A stretch of 64,000 nucleotides of DNA from Octopus sinensis (taxonomy: Eukaryota). Positions 27,024 to 42,200 of this stretch are shown here, one piece after another. The notes beneath the pieces were generated by a model. The model was not told where the DNA came from. It saw only the letters and a program-made list of their open reading frames with translations, and searched no databases. The stretch's first letter is position 1; each line of letters begins with the position of its first letter. The stretch lies in the NCBI RefSeq assembly GCF_006345805.1, contig NC_043006.1, positions 23,560,001-23,624,000 of the forward strand, in the 5' to 3' direction. A program made the translations under genes and the position numbers.

Positions 27024-30000
27024 GCGACAAGCTTCTTCCAGTTTCCGTCTATCAAATCCATTTACAAGGCTTTGGTCAGCCCAAGGCTATAGTAGAAGAC
27101 ACTTGCCCAAGGTGCCATGCAGTGGGACTGAACTCTGAACCATGTGGTTGGGAAGCAAGCTTCTTAACGCTAAGAAGCTTGCTTCCCTTATTTTATAGAC
27201 TCTGAAAGGATGACAAGCAAAGCTGACCTCAGTAGAATTTTAACTCACAATGTGAAAACAGACGAAATGCCACAAAGCATTTTGTCCAACATGTTAACAA
27301 CTCTACCAGCTCAAATTCTCCCTAAAAATAACGGTTTCTAACTTTGACACCCATCTTCCTCCATCAACTACAACTTCCACCACAACATCAGGCACAATGA
27401 AAAATGTGTTAGGTACCCCTGTTTATTATCACAAGCTGTGGTACTACTGAGTGGGCAATTTCAGTTTTAAAAAACCCCAGTGCCCAGAGGCTATTTAGCT
27501 TAATGATTGGTGTATAATGTATAATGCTGTAGCACATGAGTGACAAGGCACAGATGAGCTGAGAGGAAAATTGGGGCTGAGAAGAATTAGTTATGGTGAG
27601 TAAGAGAGAGATGACTGTGCTAGTATAGACATGTAATGGATATGGAGGGATATGAGTGGGTAAATAAGTAGCGGGAGATTAGGAGGCGGGGGATCCAATG
27701 CAAGAGGAAGACCAAGGAAGACATGGGAAGAAGTGATGAAGGACAATCTGAGGAAGCTGAATGTCATAGAAAAAGAGATGACAAAAGAAGGCAATGTGTG
27801 ATGGAATGAGATGTAGGAGAGGATCCAGGCAACCTATGCTAGTCATGGAAAAAACAAACATAAAAATGATGGTGTTACTGTTGATGATGATGATAGTGGT
27901 GATGGTAATAGTGATGGTGATGGTGGTGGTAGTGATGAAGACTGGAACTTAACCTCAAAAAAAAAATGAAAGCCCTTATAAGTCATCACCCCTAAGAAAG
28001 TTTAAACTTGGAAGGTAAAGGTAAATCTCTTTATGTAGCCCTCCACCCACTCCACTACCCACTACATCTCCATAATTACTACCAACTGTATTACTAACTC
28101 AAAACAAACAACAATGGGTAGCCATACTGATCATAACCTGTCTCTAAAATTGTCCAATTCACAATATTACAAAATATAAACTGGTACCAACAAACAAGAA
28201 CAATTAAGACTAACAAGCCAGACAATATCACTGAAGACTGGTTGAATCTGGTCTCAAAGAAAGCCTTACCCGGTGATTTTATTTAGACAATCCTGGAAGG
28301 TCATTCCGGCAGACTCCAGGCACTGGCGAATATTTTCCAGCTGACTTTTAAAGGCAGATAACAGCTTCTCTTTCTCCTTAGTATCTGGCTTCATGTGGTT
28401 TGTCGAGGTGGTGGTCTGTAAAAGAAGAGAGATTACAGGTTCAGTCCCACTGACTAAATCATCATTATTATCAGCATCATTGTTTAATGTCCGCCTTCTA
28501 TGCTGGCATGGGTGGAACGGTTTCACAAAAACCAGCCAAGCAAAAGCCTGCATCAGGCTTCTGTGACTGTTTTGGCAGGATTTTTACAGCTGGATGCCCT
28601 TCTTAACACAAACCACTCAGCAGAGTGGACTAATGGCTTTTTACGTGGCACAAGTACAGGCAAGGTCAGTTTTGGCAAGGTTTTTACAGCTGGATGCCCT
28701 TCCAAACACCAACCACTTTACAGTGAGGACCGGGTGTTTTTAAGTGTCACCTGCACTAAAAAGGCCATCAAGTACTTGCAAGACAAAAAAGAAAGTCTTG
28801 ACCCATAGTCAAGCAGTTCTTTATGAGTCATTTTGATAGACTGAAACTGTGTGCATGTCCATTGTGTGTGTCTGTGCCACAACCATCCCACTTACCAATT
28901 GGTGTTGGGTTTGTATACACCACCATAACATAGTGGCTTAGCAAAAAGAGACTGACAAATATGTACCAGACTTAAAAGATAAGTCCCTGGGGTTGGTTTA
29001 TTCAACTAAAACCCCTCAAGACAGAGCACCAATATGGCCACAGTCCAATGACTGAAACAAGTAGAAGATAAAAAGATAACAATAGATGTGTAAAATTACT
29101 GGATGGCCATGCCTGGAATGTATCTGATCATAAATATCCTTGATTAGGGTTCCCTTGGGAACACAAATACGAACATACACTACCATAACTCTACATATAT
29201 AAGTCACTCACCATCACATCTGGCCTGAGGTGTGCAGTAAAGGATTCCAAGTTATGAGGACTGCGCAACTTGGTGTACTCAATTTCATGCACCAGCTGCC
29301 TCTCACGCAGCCTTGAGTTCTGCAGATCAGCCTCCAATCCTTGCACCTTCTCCTGCAGTCGCTCCACCTCCAGTTCATTCTGATGCTACAAGACAAGAGA
29401 CAGACAGATTGTGAATGAGTGACACAGAGATAGAAAGAAAAGAATAAAAAGACGAGAGGAAGGCTGTTAACATTGTATTATGCGTTGGCATATCATCATT
29501 ATCATCATTTAATATCAGCTTTCCATGCTGGCATGGGTTGGACGGTTTAACAGAGGCTGGCAAGATCAGGAACCACACCAGGTCCCATTGTTTCTTTTGG
29601 CTTGGTTTCTACAGCTGGATACCCTTCCTAATGCCAACCACTTTACAGAATGTACTGGGTACTGGCGGCGAGCTGGTAGAAACGTTAGCACGCCGGGCGA
29701 AATGCTTAGTGGTATTTCGTCTGCCGCTACGTTCTGAGTTCAAATTCCGCCGAGGTCAACTTTGCCTTTCATCCTTTCGGGGTCGATTAAATAAGTACCA
29801 GTTACGCACTGGGGTCGATGTAATCAACTTAATCCCTTTGTCTGTCCTTGTTTGTCCCCTCTATGTTTAGCCCCTTGTGGGCAATAAAGAAATAAGAATG
29901 TACTGGGTACTTTTTATGTGACACAATCACTTTTAGTACTACTGGTAGAAGTTAAAATGAGTAATCCTGCACTAACCACTTACTTTACAGAGAGCACTAT

Positions 30001-33000
30001 ATGATGATGACGATGTATATAACAAAAACTGAGAAATATACTTTGAATGACTCACCATGACAACTTTCTGGTTTTCTAGCTGACGTGACATCTCTTTCAC
30101 CTTCCTGTTGTTGGCCAATTTCTCATTCTCAGCAGTGATGTATCGTTCCTTCTCACGCTGGCGCAAGTTCTGCAGTTCCAGCGTCAGGCTGTGCTTCTCT
30201 GCTTGCAGACGAATGGTGCGCTCCTTCTCGTAGTCGAGCTGTCGTTGCAGATCACTTTGCTGGTTCTAGACAACAACAACAACAACACTGGCATTAGTAT
30301 CAACAATTATACACATGAGCAAACAAGGAAATTGCAATGTAGTCCCTCGTCCTGCTAGAAATAACAGCAAAGTCTCCCTCAAATTACACTATCATCTCAA
30401 GAAAAAAAGCACACTGGCTAATGTAATCCTAGATACACTGTGTATGAAAAACATGACAGGATGGTCATGACTGGAATGTCTTTGAACATAGGTCTACTGA
30501 ATTACAATTGACACTAGGCCACACTTTAAACACAAGTTCTTAAAAAAGACTACACAGAGAGGACACTGTAGTTTTAGATACACTATGTCTGACAATAAAG
30601 GTAGGATAGTCATGGATGGAAGATACTTTGATCATAGATCTCCTTGATCAGGACTAATAGGGAGGGAAGGAGGAGTCTAAGATTAACAACAACCAATAAC
30701 GCATTCCTTTGTTTGCAAGGATGAGCTGAAATCCCACCATGGGATAAAACTGACAAGCCATGACCACCACCACCACCACAACAACAACAACAGCAGGAGG
30801 AACATTAAGAACATCTATGACTGTTGGATTTGAATGTTGGGAGGTGATGACTAGTGACCAAGACCTTTGGTGATAAGCTGTGCTTGAGAAGACTCATCAA
30901 AGTGAGTGAAACCACAGTGATGGCCAATGCTGGCACCTGTGAAATCATAATTGTGGCCCTTGCCAGTAGCATGATCTTTGAATGTTGGGCCTTACGGGGA
31001 TGAGGGATGAGGTGGTGAAGCATGACTTTCAAATGTTGGGCCACGAAGAGGCAATGACAAGTAACCAGGACCATGGTGATATGCTACGCTTGAGATGGAC
31101 TAGTCAAGCCAAGTGAAACCATAGTCATGGCCATTACTGGTGTCCTGTAAATGGCACATGTGCCAGTGACACAGAAAAAGCAGCCATTACACTCAGGGAG
31201 TGATTGGCATTAGGAAGTGCATCCAGCCATAGAAACAATGCCACAACAGATTGGAACCTGGTGTAGTTCTCTGGTTTACCAGTTCCAATCAAACCATCCA
31301 ACCCATGCCAGCATGGAAAGTAGACATTAAATGATGATGATCATGATCATGATCACGACCACTGCCACATCAACATAACAAGAATACCTCCACCCCCCAC
31401 TACAATCACTACTATCGCCATCACCACCACCATATCCATTAAACATCTTACCTCAAAGATGTCCGACTTCACTTTGAGTTTGTGGAACTTGGCTGTCTCC
31501 TTCTCCAGGGATTCTTTGACTGATTGCTGCTGAGCTGTGAGGGATGAGATCCTTGTCTGGTGCTCTGCCCGTGCAGAGTCCAACTGACGTTGGAGGTCTG
31601 ACACACAGCTGCGCTCAGTCTCCAGCATTCCCTGCAGATCGGTGATGGTCGCTCGATCTCGTTCGCATGTGTCCTGCCGGATGCTGCACACTTTGTCCAA
31701 TGACTGCTTCAGTTGAATGTTGAGATTCTTCTCCTTGGTCAAGTTGCTAAAAGAAAATAAAACAGAAAACATCAATGGAATAAAGAACAGTGTAAAGCAA
31801 GGTCAAATGGTCAGTTGTTACTTAGCCCCAAGTCAACCTTGACAGAACAGACACATGACCAAAGGCAATCCAGTCATGGCCACCAACTTAGTTTTTTTTT
31901 TCTTTTTTTCAGCTATTTATTATATCTTGGATTACATTATCTTATTTGCCTTCATAATATTTTAAAATGGTGAATCATGATTTAAAGGAGATTTGGCTGC
32001 TATTTTTAGCAGGTCAAGAGCTTGTAGAAGCTCCCACTATCCCATGGATCCATCAGTTGATCATGGAAAATATAACACCACCAATTTGTGCCTGGGTAGA
32101 TGCCACATTCCATCAACTCCACACATCTGCGCAAATCAGACCTAAGATCTTTATCCAATTTTTTCTCTTGATAAGGGCATTTAAAACCAAAATATTAATT
32201 CATAAAGTGAAAAAAAAAAAACCAAACTGTGTTTTGTTTGCTTTTGCTTCCACTTCCTTATTTGTAACTTGAATTCCCTTATCGTTATTGTAGCATGAAT
32301 TTTGAGGGAGGAGCAATAGTTGGTGCTAACAGAAGTCTTTTGCTTCCTATGGAATATAGGCCATCAGTGATATTCCTCCACAGTTCTTGACTCCAAACTG
32401 TCTCTACTTCCCTCTCCCAAAACTTGTTGGTTTTATGACTTCGCTTCAGTGACTTTGCCTTTTTCTAAGTAAGGGTGCTGGACCAACATAGACCCATTTT
32501 TACCTCTGAAAAGAGGGAGTTCATATTAGACTGATCTCAGTCCTTTGATCTGTCAAGCATAGGAGCCTTCCAAGGCATTAGCACCCCACTAGCTAAACTC
32601 TCAGGGTCACTGAAGCATACAAGCCATAACTCCACAACAAGGACTGGTGGCAACAATTGATACAGCTAACCCAGAGACTCAACTGATATTGTATTCTATC
32701 AAAATTAAGAAAACATTTCTCAATTCTCGACAGAAAAAGACATGCATGTCACAATATTTTGTCTGATTCTGCAATGTTCTGTCTAACAAAAATACAACCA
32801 TGAAAACATAAAGGTTAGCAACAAAAACAAGTTGTTGAAGGCCTCACCTGGTGATTTGCTCATTCAAGGACTGTTCATCAGCTAATCGGGAATTTAATTG
32901 GGCCACAGTGACATCATATTTGGCAGTGATAGATTGGCACCGTAGTTTCTCAGCTTCTAATTCCTGTTGTAGAGAGAGGTTTTCGGCTTGCTTCTCTTGA

Positions 33001-34729
33001 GTCACAGCACTTGACTCCTTCAGCTTCTCCTTTTCATTTTCCAGGGCCAAATACAAATGCTGCACGGAATATACATCACATACACATAAAAGCGGGTGTG
33101 TAAATATACACACACAAACATGTTGTCCTTTAGTGGACAGGCATTACAGGGGAGATAATCATTTCATAATATTTGGCAGGATTAAAAATTTGAATTTAAA
33201 ATTAAAAAATAAGGAAAAAGATGCATAAAACAAACATACTAAATATTTATTTTCTCTTTTAGTTTACGTATTACAAAGTTCTTGAAATTTCTAATCAATA
33301 ATAATCATATACGGCTCTAATTCATCCTTTATATACACACACATGGACACACACACACACACACACACACATATATTCTTCATAAAATTTGTTATACCCT
33401 AGTAGCAGAGGGAACCTGTGGAAAAGGTAGACCCAGGATTCCTGATAAGAGGCTTGGTACATGTATTACTCCCACTACACAATATGGTTCCCACCATTTT
33501 CATCACTACTACTACTACTACTACTACTGCATAGGCTGCTTCTACCAGTGAGGCTGAGATAGCCACTACTATGTCCACTACCACTGCTATCACCATCATA
33601 GGACTTCTCCCATGATTAAAAAAAAAAACACTCCTTAATACCAACATTGCCAATAAGGAACAACAGACCACAAGTAACAATGCACAAATTTACGACTCAC
33701 CTGGTATTCAAGGTCACGTTCTTTACCCAGTTGACCGGTGATGTTTTCAAGGTCATCTTGAAGATGGTGAACATTTTGCTTCTCACACTCAAGCCGTTCG
33801 GTTAACTCTGTCGTACGGACTTTCTCTTCTTCCAAGGCGGCACTAACAATGGTTAAGTTACGCTTAGAATTATTATGCAATCTTACAACAATAATTACAA
33901 TCATCAAAGTCATAATTACAACAACAACAATAATAAAAATTTTGACACAAGGCCATGTATGCAGGGAGAGGTGGCAGTTAATTAAAGAAACTTCACAATC
34001 TGACTGGTACTTATTTAATTAAATCTGGAAAGCTAAAAGTGAAGTTAGCATCACCATTATTTGAAATCAGAACTTTAGGAGACACAACTACATACTGTAA
34101 AGCTACTTGAATAATAATCATAATAAAAATCTAGGTACAAGGCACAAGGCTTAAAATTTTGGGGGAGTGGGGGGCAGTCGATTATATCAACTCTAGTACG
34201 CAACTGGTACTTAATTTATCGACTCCAAAAGGATGAACAGCAAAGTTGACCTTGGCAGAATTTGAACACAGAACGTAAAGACAAACGAAATACTGCTAAG
34301 CATTTCGCCTGACATGCTAACGTTTCTGCCAGCTTGTCACCTTACTTCAATAACAACAACAGTAATAATAATGATCCTTTCTACTAAAGGTCCAAGGACT
34401 GGAATTTTGGTGGGAAGGTGGGAGGCTAGTCATTTGCATTGACCCAGTGCGTAACTGGTACTGGTTTTATCAACCCCAAAAGGATGAAAGGTAAAGTCAA
34501 CCTCAGTGGAATTTGAACTCAGAACATACAAAATATTGCTAAGCATTTTGTCCAACACGCTAACAATCCTGGCAGTCCACTACCAATTATTATTATTATT
34601 ATTATCATTATTTCTACTAAAGGCACAAGGCTCTGAATATTTGGGGATAATAATGATAATAGACAAGACAAAGAATGCTCTTTGTCTTGTCTGTTTACCT
34701 TTGTGAAGAGTTACATCAATCCTTTTAAA

Positions 34730-34783
<54 letters not shown>

Positions 34784-35637
34784 CAACAACATTTAAAATT
34801 ACAATTCATGGCATTAACTCATTTCGAAACTGGTATTTATTTTATTGACCTTTGACTGGATTTAAGCACATCATCAAGGGATTTGAGCAAAAGTATTTAA
34901 ATACACGCGATTAAATACCTTTAAGGATCTTGTCTGGTTTCTAAGTTGTTTTTGCTTGGTTTTCTATAATTTAGAGGAAGAAGGGTAGCAACCATGACCA
35001 CAGAGTCTCAAATTGGTGGGAGAAAGGATTAGGATAATAACCTTAGCAGGGTCTCAGAGTCTGATGGGAAAAAGAGCAATGACCACAACCATTGCAAGAT
35101 CCCAGACTAGTAAGAGAGAGAGAAAAGACAATGTCCATGTCATTAGAAGGTGTCACAGACTGGTTGAGATGTGGTAGGGTTTATGATCTTAAGCAGAGCT
35201 CAGACTAATAGGAGACAAAAAGCAGCACCCATGACTATAGTAAGGTGTCTGAGATTGGTAGAGAAAATAAGGGTAGTTATCTTTAGATGAGAGATCTGGT
35301 CAAAATATCACCAATGATACACACTATACTGCAAGTAACCAAGAGCCCAATGGTGAAACTTCACTGCCAAGTAACAGTAAGAGTAGAATCTATAGATTTG
35401 GTGTACACAATTTCATTCATATACACAAGTGAGATATCTTGCACTTTGTATTTCATATCTTAAAAGGAAGAGAAAGTACCAGACAAACTATTAGAGGCCA
35501 ATGCAATCCAAAAAGACCCTTGGTGGTGGGGGTGGGGCTACAATACAGCTGATGTTCTATGACTGAAACCAATGAGAAAATACATGTACATGTATATATA
35601 TATATACACACAAGCACACATACCAATACATACACAT

Positions 35638-35680
<43 letters not shown>

Positions 35681-38600
35681 TTGTGTGTGTGCATGTACAC
35701 TTGTTTACGTAGTATTAATAAGCATTAATTGTAGGTGATACATACATATACATACACACACAAACATACATTACTCTAATAGATATTAATTCTTGATGAG
35801 ATGTGTGTGCACATGCATGCGTGTGTTTATATATATATATATATAATACAAATAAGAAAACTGAGAAACAATTTAGTTTGCTCATCAACTTTCAGATATT
35901 AGAATGTTGAATTATTTATTCATTAACAAAATGAGAACCTCAATAGCATACATATATACCTTATAATTCAATACATACAAGATAAGAATACAAATTATAA
36001 AAATCATAATATAAATTATTGAAATCATTAAACTCACTTCTTACAGCTGTTTCAGCCTATGGTTTTAAGTAGTTTTTAAAAATTTTTATTGCCTATAGGT
36101 GTCAACATACTTAGGTTGTAGGCATTTAAAAATAGGGTACTTATATATATAACCATAGGCCTATGGTTATATATATAAGTACTCTATTTTTAAATGCCTA
36201 CAACTTCAATATAATTGACAACTATAGGCAATAAAAATTTTTTTTAAATACTTTCAACCATAGGCTGAAACAGCTGTAAGAAGTGAGTTTAATGATTTCA
36301 ATAATTTATATTATGATTTTTATAATTTGTATTCCTATCTTATATGTATTGAATTATAAGGTATATATGTATGCTATTGAGGTTCTCATTTTGTTAAATG
36401 AATAAATATTTCAACATTCTAATATCTGAAAGTTGATGAGCAAACTAAATTGTTTCTCAGTTTTCTTATTTGTATTATAAATTAACGGTAAAATATTTCT
36501 TTACCGTAACCCGTTTAATACAATAAATAAGTTAATTGCATTGCAATTAAAAACATTTATGTATTAAGAATTTGGGTACTTTACCAACAGTATATTGGAT
36601 AAATACTATCCCTTAGTGGGTTGGATCCATACCCCTAACTTACTTTGTGTCATATATATATATGCACGCGCACACACACACATTGCAAAAAAAGAAACAG
36701 CATCAATGTCACATATTCACAGAAAGCAACACTGTCAATGACAATGCTAGCAACAACAAAAACAATAGCAACTATATCAAGTGCAACAATGTGCAAGATC
36801 TCCATTGCAGTGTGCAAATAACTGGGTTAATGTTTGCATCACAACCATTGCAGAGATGGATGCAGTCTATGTGAATAATGATGTGCGCACATACATACCC
36901 AAATACACACTTATATACACACACACACACTTACATATACACATTGTGCGTGCGCACACACACACACACACACACACATACATGTGTGTAGATGGGTTCA
37001 GGACTAGATGCTTTCCAAACTTAAAACCAGTTTGACTCTGCTCCACATAAAGTTTCAGATTTGAGGACAACTTCAAGACAGGTTGTAGGTGCTAAGCCTC
37101 TATGGGTCAGCTCAGGTCATATATTAAAGCTGTGAAAGCAACCCCAGCTATTTTCTTTACTTTCAGGCCCACATGTTCAGATTGAAAGTTGGCATCATTT
37201 CTGGTACCTGCTTGAGGCATACTGTGTTCAGTGATGTCAGTTCATTGTGGCGGGTACCACACATGGAAGGGTAGGATGTTGGAACAAGTTAGTAACCCAG
37301 TCACTGCTCAGTATAACATTAATCCTTTCAATACCAACTTAGCAGAAACTACCTCTGGCTCTGTATAACAAATGTCTTGTTTTCTGAAGTTTTGAATTAA
37401 AATCTTCCACGAAACTTAAGTCACAATTTATGTCCCAAACACTAGCTTAATAATAACTAAGTTATTTGAGTAAATTCTTTGTTATATTTGAAATTAATTG
37501 AAAGAAATATGGGGTATTTCAACAGAAATACGGTAACGAAAGGGTCAATACATTAATATCATCAGTCTTTATGTAGGAGCAACCAAATTTGATGGTGTCA
37601 GGTAAAAATGAAGTTTGATGACCAATATGAGGGGTCTGCAGTCTATATATATCTAGCCCAAATATTCTGCCTGTTTTATATTCAAATTGGCCAAATTCAG
37701 CCTCTCACACCTACCCTACAATGTTATTCAAAAACTAAACAATCACTTGATCAAAATCCCAAAGCTACAAGATAATCCATAATTAATTCAAAACAATGTG
37801 AAAAAATTAGCATTACATTTGACAGAATAATCTGAATGCTAAAGGGTTAAACACCCTGTCCTTGTGTAAGGGACAGCTAGGCCTAGGGTAGTATATTTGG
37901 ATTATCAGCTGTCAGTGGCATGAAGTTCATTAACAGAGAATTCCTTTGATGGTAACAATAAGACAGGTCACTTTTCAATTTGGCTATTCTCACAAAGTCA
38001 GTGGCCACTGCTAATATATTTATGTTCCAATAAACACCACCTGAGTTTTTGTCACATACCAACATCCAACCTGAAGATGATTGATACCCAATAAAACAAC
38101 CTAATTAGTGAATACATTATACCACAGTCTCTACCATCAAAGTGACCCCCAACATCCTAATTCAACCCTATCCAAGCATGTGGGCCTAAAAATAAAGAAA
38201 ATAGCTGGCATTGCCCTCACAGGCCTAACACCTACAAGCCATCTTGAATTTGTCTCAAATCTGTCACTCTTTTCCTGGCATCTGATGAGACGGACTTGTC
38301 CTATGCACCTAAGCAACTTTACACCATCTGGAGCTAAGTCAAAATGTTATTAATATTTACATGTAATACCTAGCAAATATGTTCAATAAAATATGAAAAA
38401 ACAGCATAAAAAAGCTCTAGTGGCAATGAGGACAACAACCGTAGCAACAGCAACATCAGCAGTGTTGTTTACGCTACAGCTGGGAATGAGGTGAGTGCTG
38501 GTGAAGTGAATTCTGATTGCAATAATAGCAGCAGTAGCAGCAATGTATTCAAACTCTGGTAAAATGCTATAAAGAAGTGCGATTCGATCAACCTCAGTGT

Positions 38601-38897
38601 ATTACTGTTAAAGAGTAGGATTTGAACCTTAAAGATGGAGAGATGGAACCAAATACTGGAAAATAACTAGTCCCAAATTCATTTCTGCTATTCACCTACT
38701 TTAATAATAGTAATAATAATAATAATTCTAGTATAGGCACAAGGCCTGATATTTGGGGGAGGGGACGAGTCGATTACATTGACCCCAGTACTCAACTGGT
38801 ACTTATTCCATCAAACTTGAAAGAATAAAAAGCAACGTTGACCTCGGCAGAATTTGAACTCAGAACATAAAAGACAGGTGAATACCACTATGCATGT

Positions 38898-38929
<32 letters not shown>

Positions 38930-39154
38930 TCTTTCTAATATAGGCACAAGGCCTGAAATTTGTGAGGGGGGACTAAGTTGATTCCATCAACCCCAGTACA
39001 TAACTGGTAATTGTTTTATTGCCCCTCGAAAGGATGAAAGGCAAAGTCAACCGAGGCCAAATTTGATCTCAAAATGTAAAGACGGAAGAAATTCCGCTAA
39101 GCATCTTGTCCAGCATAATAAAGAGTCTGCCAGCTTACCAACACCGCCACCACC

Positions 39155-39214
<60 letters not shown>

Positions 39215-42200
39215 TTCAAATTTTGACACAAGGCCAGCAATTTCTGGAGGCATTTGAACTCAAAACGTAAAGACAGACAAAATGCAGCTAATCATTTTGC
39301 CCAGCATGTTAACGACTCTGCCAGCTTGCTGTCTTATATAACAAAAATAATCATCATCATCATCATTTAACGTCCGCTTTCCATGCTAGCATGGGTTGGA
39401 CGGTTCAACTGGGGTCTGGGGAGCCCGAAAGCTGCACCAGTCCAGTCAGATCTGGCAGTGTTTCTACAGCTGGATGCCCTTCCTAACGCCAACCACTCCG
39501 AGAGTGTAGTGGGTGATTTTATGTGCCACCGACACAGGTGCCAGACGAGGCTGGCAAACGGCCACACTCGGATGGTGTTTTTTATGTGCCACCGACACAG
39601 GTGCCAGACGAGGCTGGCAGACGGCCACGCTCGGATGGTGTTTTTATGTGCCACCGACACAGGTGCCAGATGAGGCTGGCAAACGGCCACAATCGGATGG
39701 TGTTTGTTACGTGCCCACAGCACGGAGGCCAGTCGATGCGGTACTGGCTACGGCCACGTTCGGATGGTTTTCTTGTGTGCCACGTGCCACCGGCACTGGT
39801 ACCACAAAGATACAAATTCCATTGATGTTCATCTATTTTGATTTGTTTTGATTTTCACTTGCCTCAACAGGTCTTCGGTCTTCACAAGTGTCACAAGAAG
39901 GAAGGTATGCACAGGTGGACTGACTACGTCCCAGGTAGGGGCCACAGGTTATGGCCTGACTAGTCTTGCCGGGTCTTCGGATGGTGTTTTTATGTGCCAC
40001 CGACACAGGTGCTGGATGAGGCTGGCGAACGGCCACGATCGGATGGTGTTTGTTACGTGCCCACAGCACGGAGGCCAGTCGGTGCGGTACTGGCTACGGC
40101 CACGTTCGGATGGTTTTCTTGTGTGCCACCGGCACTGGTACCACAAAGATACAATTCCATTAATGTTCATCTATTTTGATTTGTTTTGATTTGATTTGAT
40201 TTGATTTGTTTTGATTTCATTTTGATTTTCACTTGCCTCAACAGGCCTTCACAAGTATCACAAGGAGGAAGGTATGCACAGGTGGACTGACTACGTCCCA
40301 GGTAGGGGCCATGGGATATGGCCTGACTAGTCTTGCGGGTCTTCGGATGGTGTTTTTATGTGCCACCGACACAGGTGCTGGATGAGGCTGGCGAACGGCC
40401 ACGATCGGATGGTGTTTGTTACGTGCCCACAGCACGGAGGCCAGTCGGTGCGGTACTGGCTACGGCCACGTTCGGATGGTTTTCTTGTGTGCCACCGGCA
40501 CTGGTACCACAAAGATACAATTCCATTAATGTTCATCTATTTTGATTTGTTTTGATTTGATTTGATTTGATTTGTTTTGATTTCATTTTGATTTTCACTT
40601 GCCTCAACAGGCCTTCACAAGTATCACAAGGAGGAAGGTATGCACAGGTGGACTGACTACGTCCCAGGTAGGGGCCATGGGATATGGCCTGACTAGTCTT
40701 GCCGGGTCTTCGGATGGTGTTTTTATGTGCCACCGACACAGGTGCTAGATGAGGCTGGCGAACGGCCACAATCGGATGGTGTTTGTTATGTGCCCACAGC
40801 ACGATGGCCAGTCGATGCGGTACTGACTACGGCCACGTTCGGATGGATTTCTTGTGTGCCACAGGCACTGGTACCACAAAGATACAAATTCCATTGATGT
40901 TCATCTATTTTGATTTGATTTGATTTTCACTTGCCTCAACAGGTCTTCACAAGTGTCACAAGAAGGAAGGTATGCACAGGTGGACTGACTAGTCTTGCCG
41001 GGTCTTCGGAAGGTGTTTTTATGTGCCACCAACACAGGTGCCAGATGAGGCTGGCGAACGGCCATGATCGGATGGTGTTTGTTACGTGCCCACAGCATGG
41101 AGGCCGGTCGATGCGGAACTGGCTACGGCCACGTTCGGATGGTTCTCTTGTGTGCCACCGGCACTGGTACCACAAAGATACAGATTCCATTGATGTTCAT
41201 CTATTTTGATTTGTTTTGATTTTGATTTTGATTTTGATTTATAATAATAATAATAATAATAATAATCATAATAATAATAATCCTTTCTGCTATAGGCACA
41301 GGGCCTGAAATATTAAGGGCAGGAACTAATTGATTACATCGACCCCCAGTGTTTCACTGGTACTTAATTTATCGACCCCGAAAGGATGAAAGGCAAAGTT
41401 GACCCTGACGAAATTTGAACTCAGAACATAGCGACAGGTGAAATACCGCTAAGCATTTTGTCCAGAGTACTAACGATTCTGCCAGCTCGCTGCCTTAATA
41501 ATAACAACAACAATAGTAGTTTCAAATTTTGGCACAGGGCCAGCAGTTTTTGAGGGGAAGGGCCAAGTCAATGACTTGAACACCAGGTGCTTAACTTCAT
41601 TGTCCCAAAGAGGATGAAAGGCAAAGCTGGTCAAGATAGGAGTTGAACTCAGAACATAAACTGTTGGAGGAAACGGTACTAAGCATTTTTTTCTCAACAT
41701 GTTAAAGTTTACCAATTCTGCTACCTCACTGCTTTGATAATAATAATTATTTCTACTGCAAGTGCAAAGCCAGAAATTTGGGAGGGTAGTCAATTATATC
41801 AACCCCAGTGCATAACTGGTACTTCTTTCATCAACCCTGAACGGATGAATGGAAAAGTCTGATATCAGAATGTAATATTTGGAATGGTGTCATCTTGATT
41901 GTTCTTTTCTACTCTAGACACAAGGCTCGAAAATTTTGGGGGAGGGGGCCAGTCGATTAGATCGACCCCAGTATGCAACTGGTACTTAATTTATCGACCC
42001 CAAAAGGATGAAAGGCAAAGTCAACCTCAGCGGAATTTGAACTCAGAAGATAAAGACAGATGAAATAGCGCAAAGTATTTCACCCAGCATTCTAACGTTT
42101 CTGCCAGCTCGCTGCCTTGCCATCTTGATTGTTGCTTGCAGTACTTTTCAACAGGGTTCATTCCCGCCTTCTTCAGGTGTCTTGAGATTCACCACTCTAA

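Noticed and set aside
39367-41209. Overlapping GC-rich ORFs on both strands
   Set aside because: Derived from a tandemly repeated non-coding RTE 3' UTR; frames break between units.
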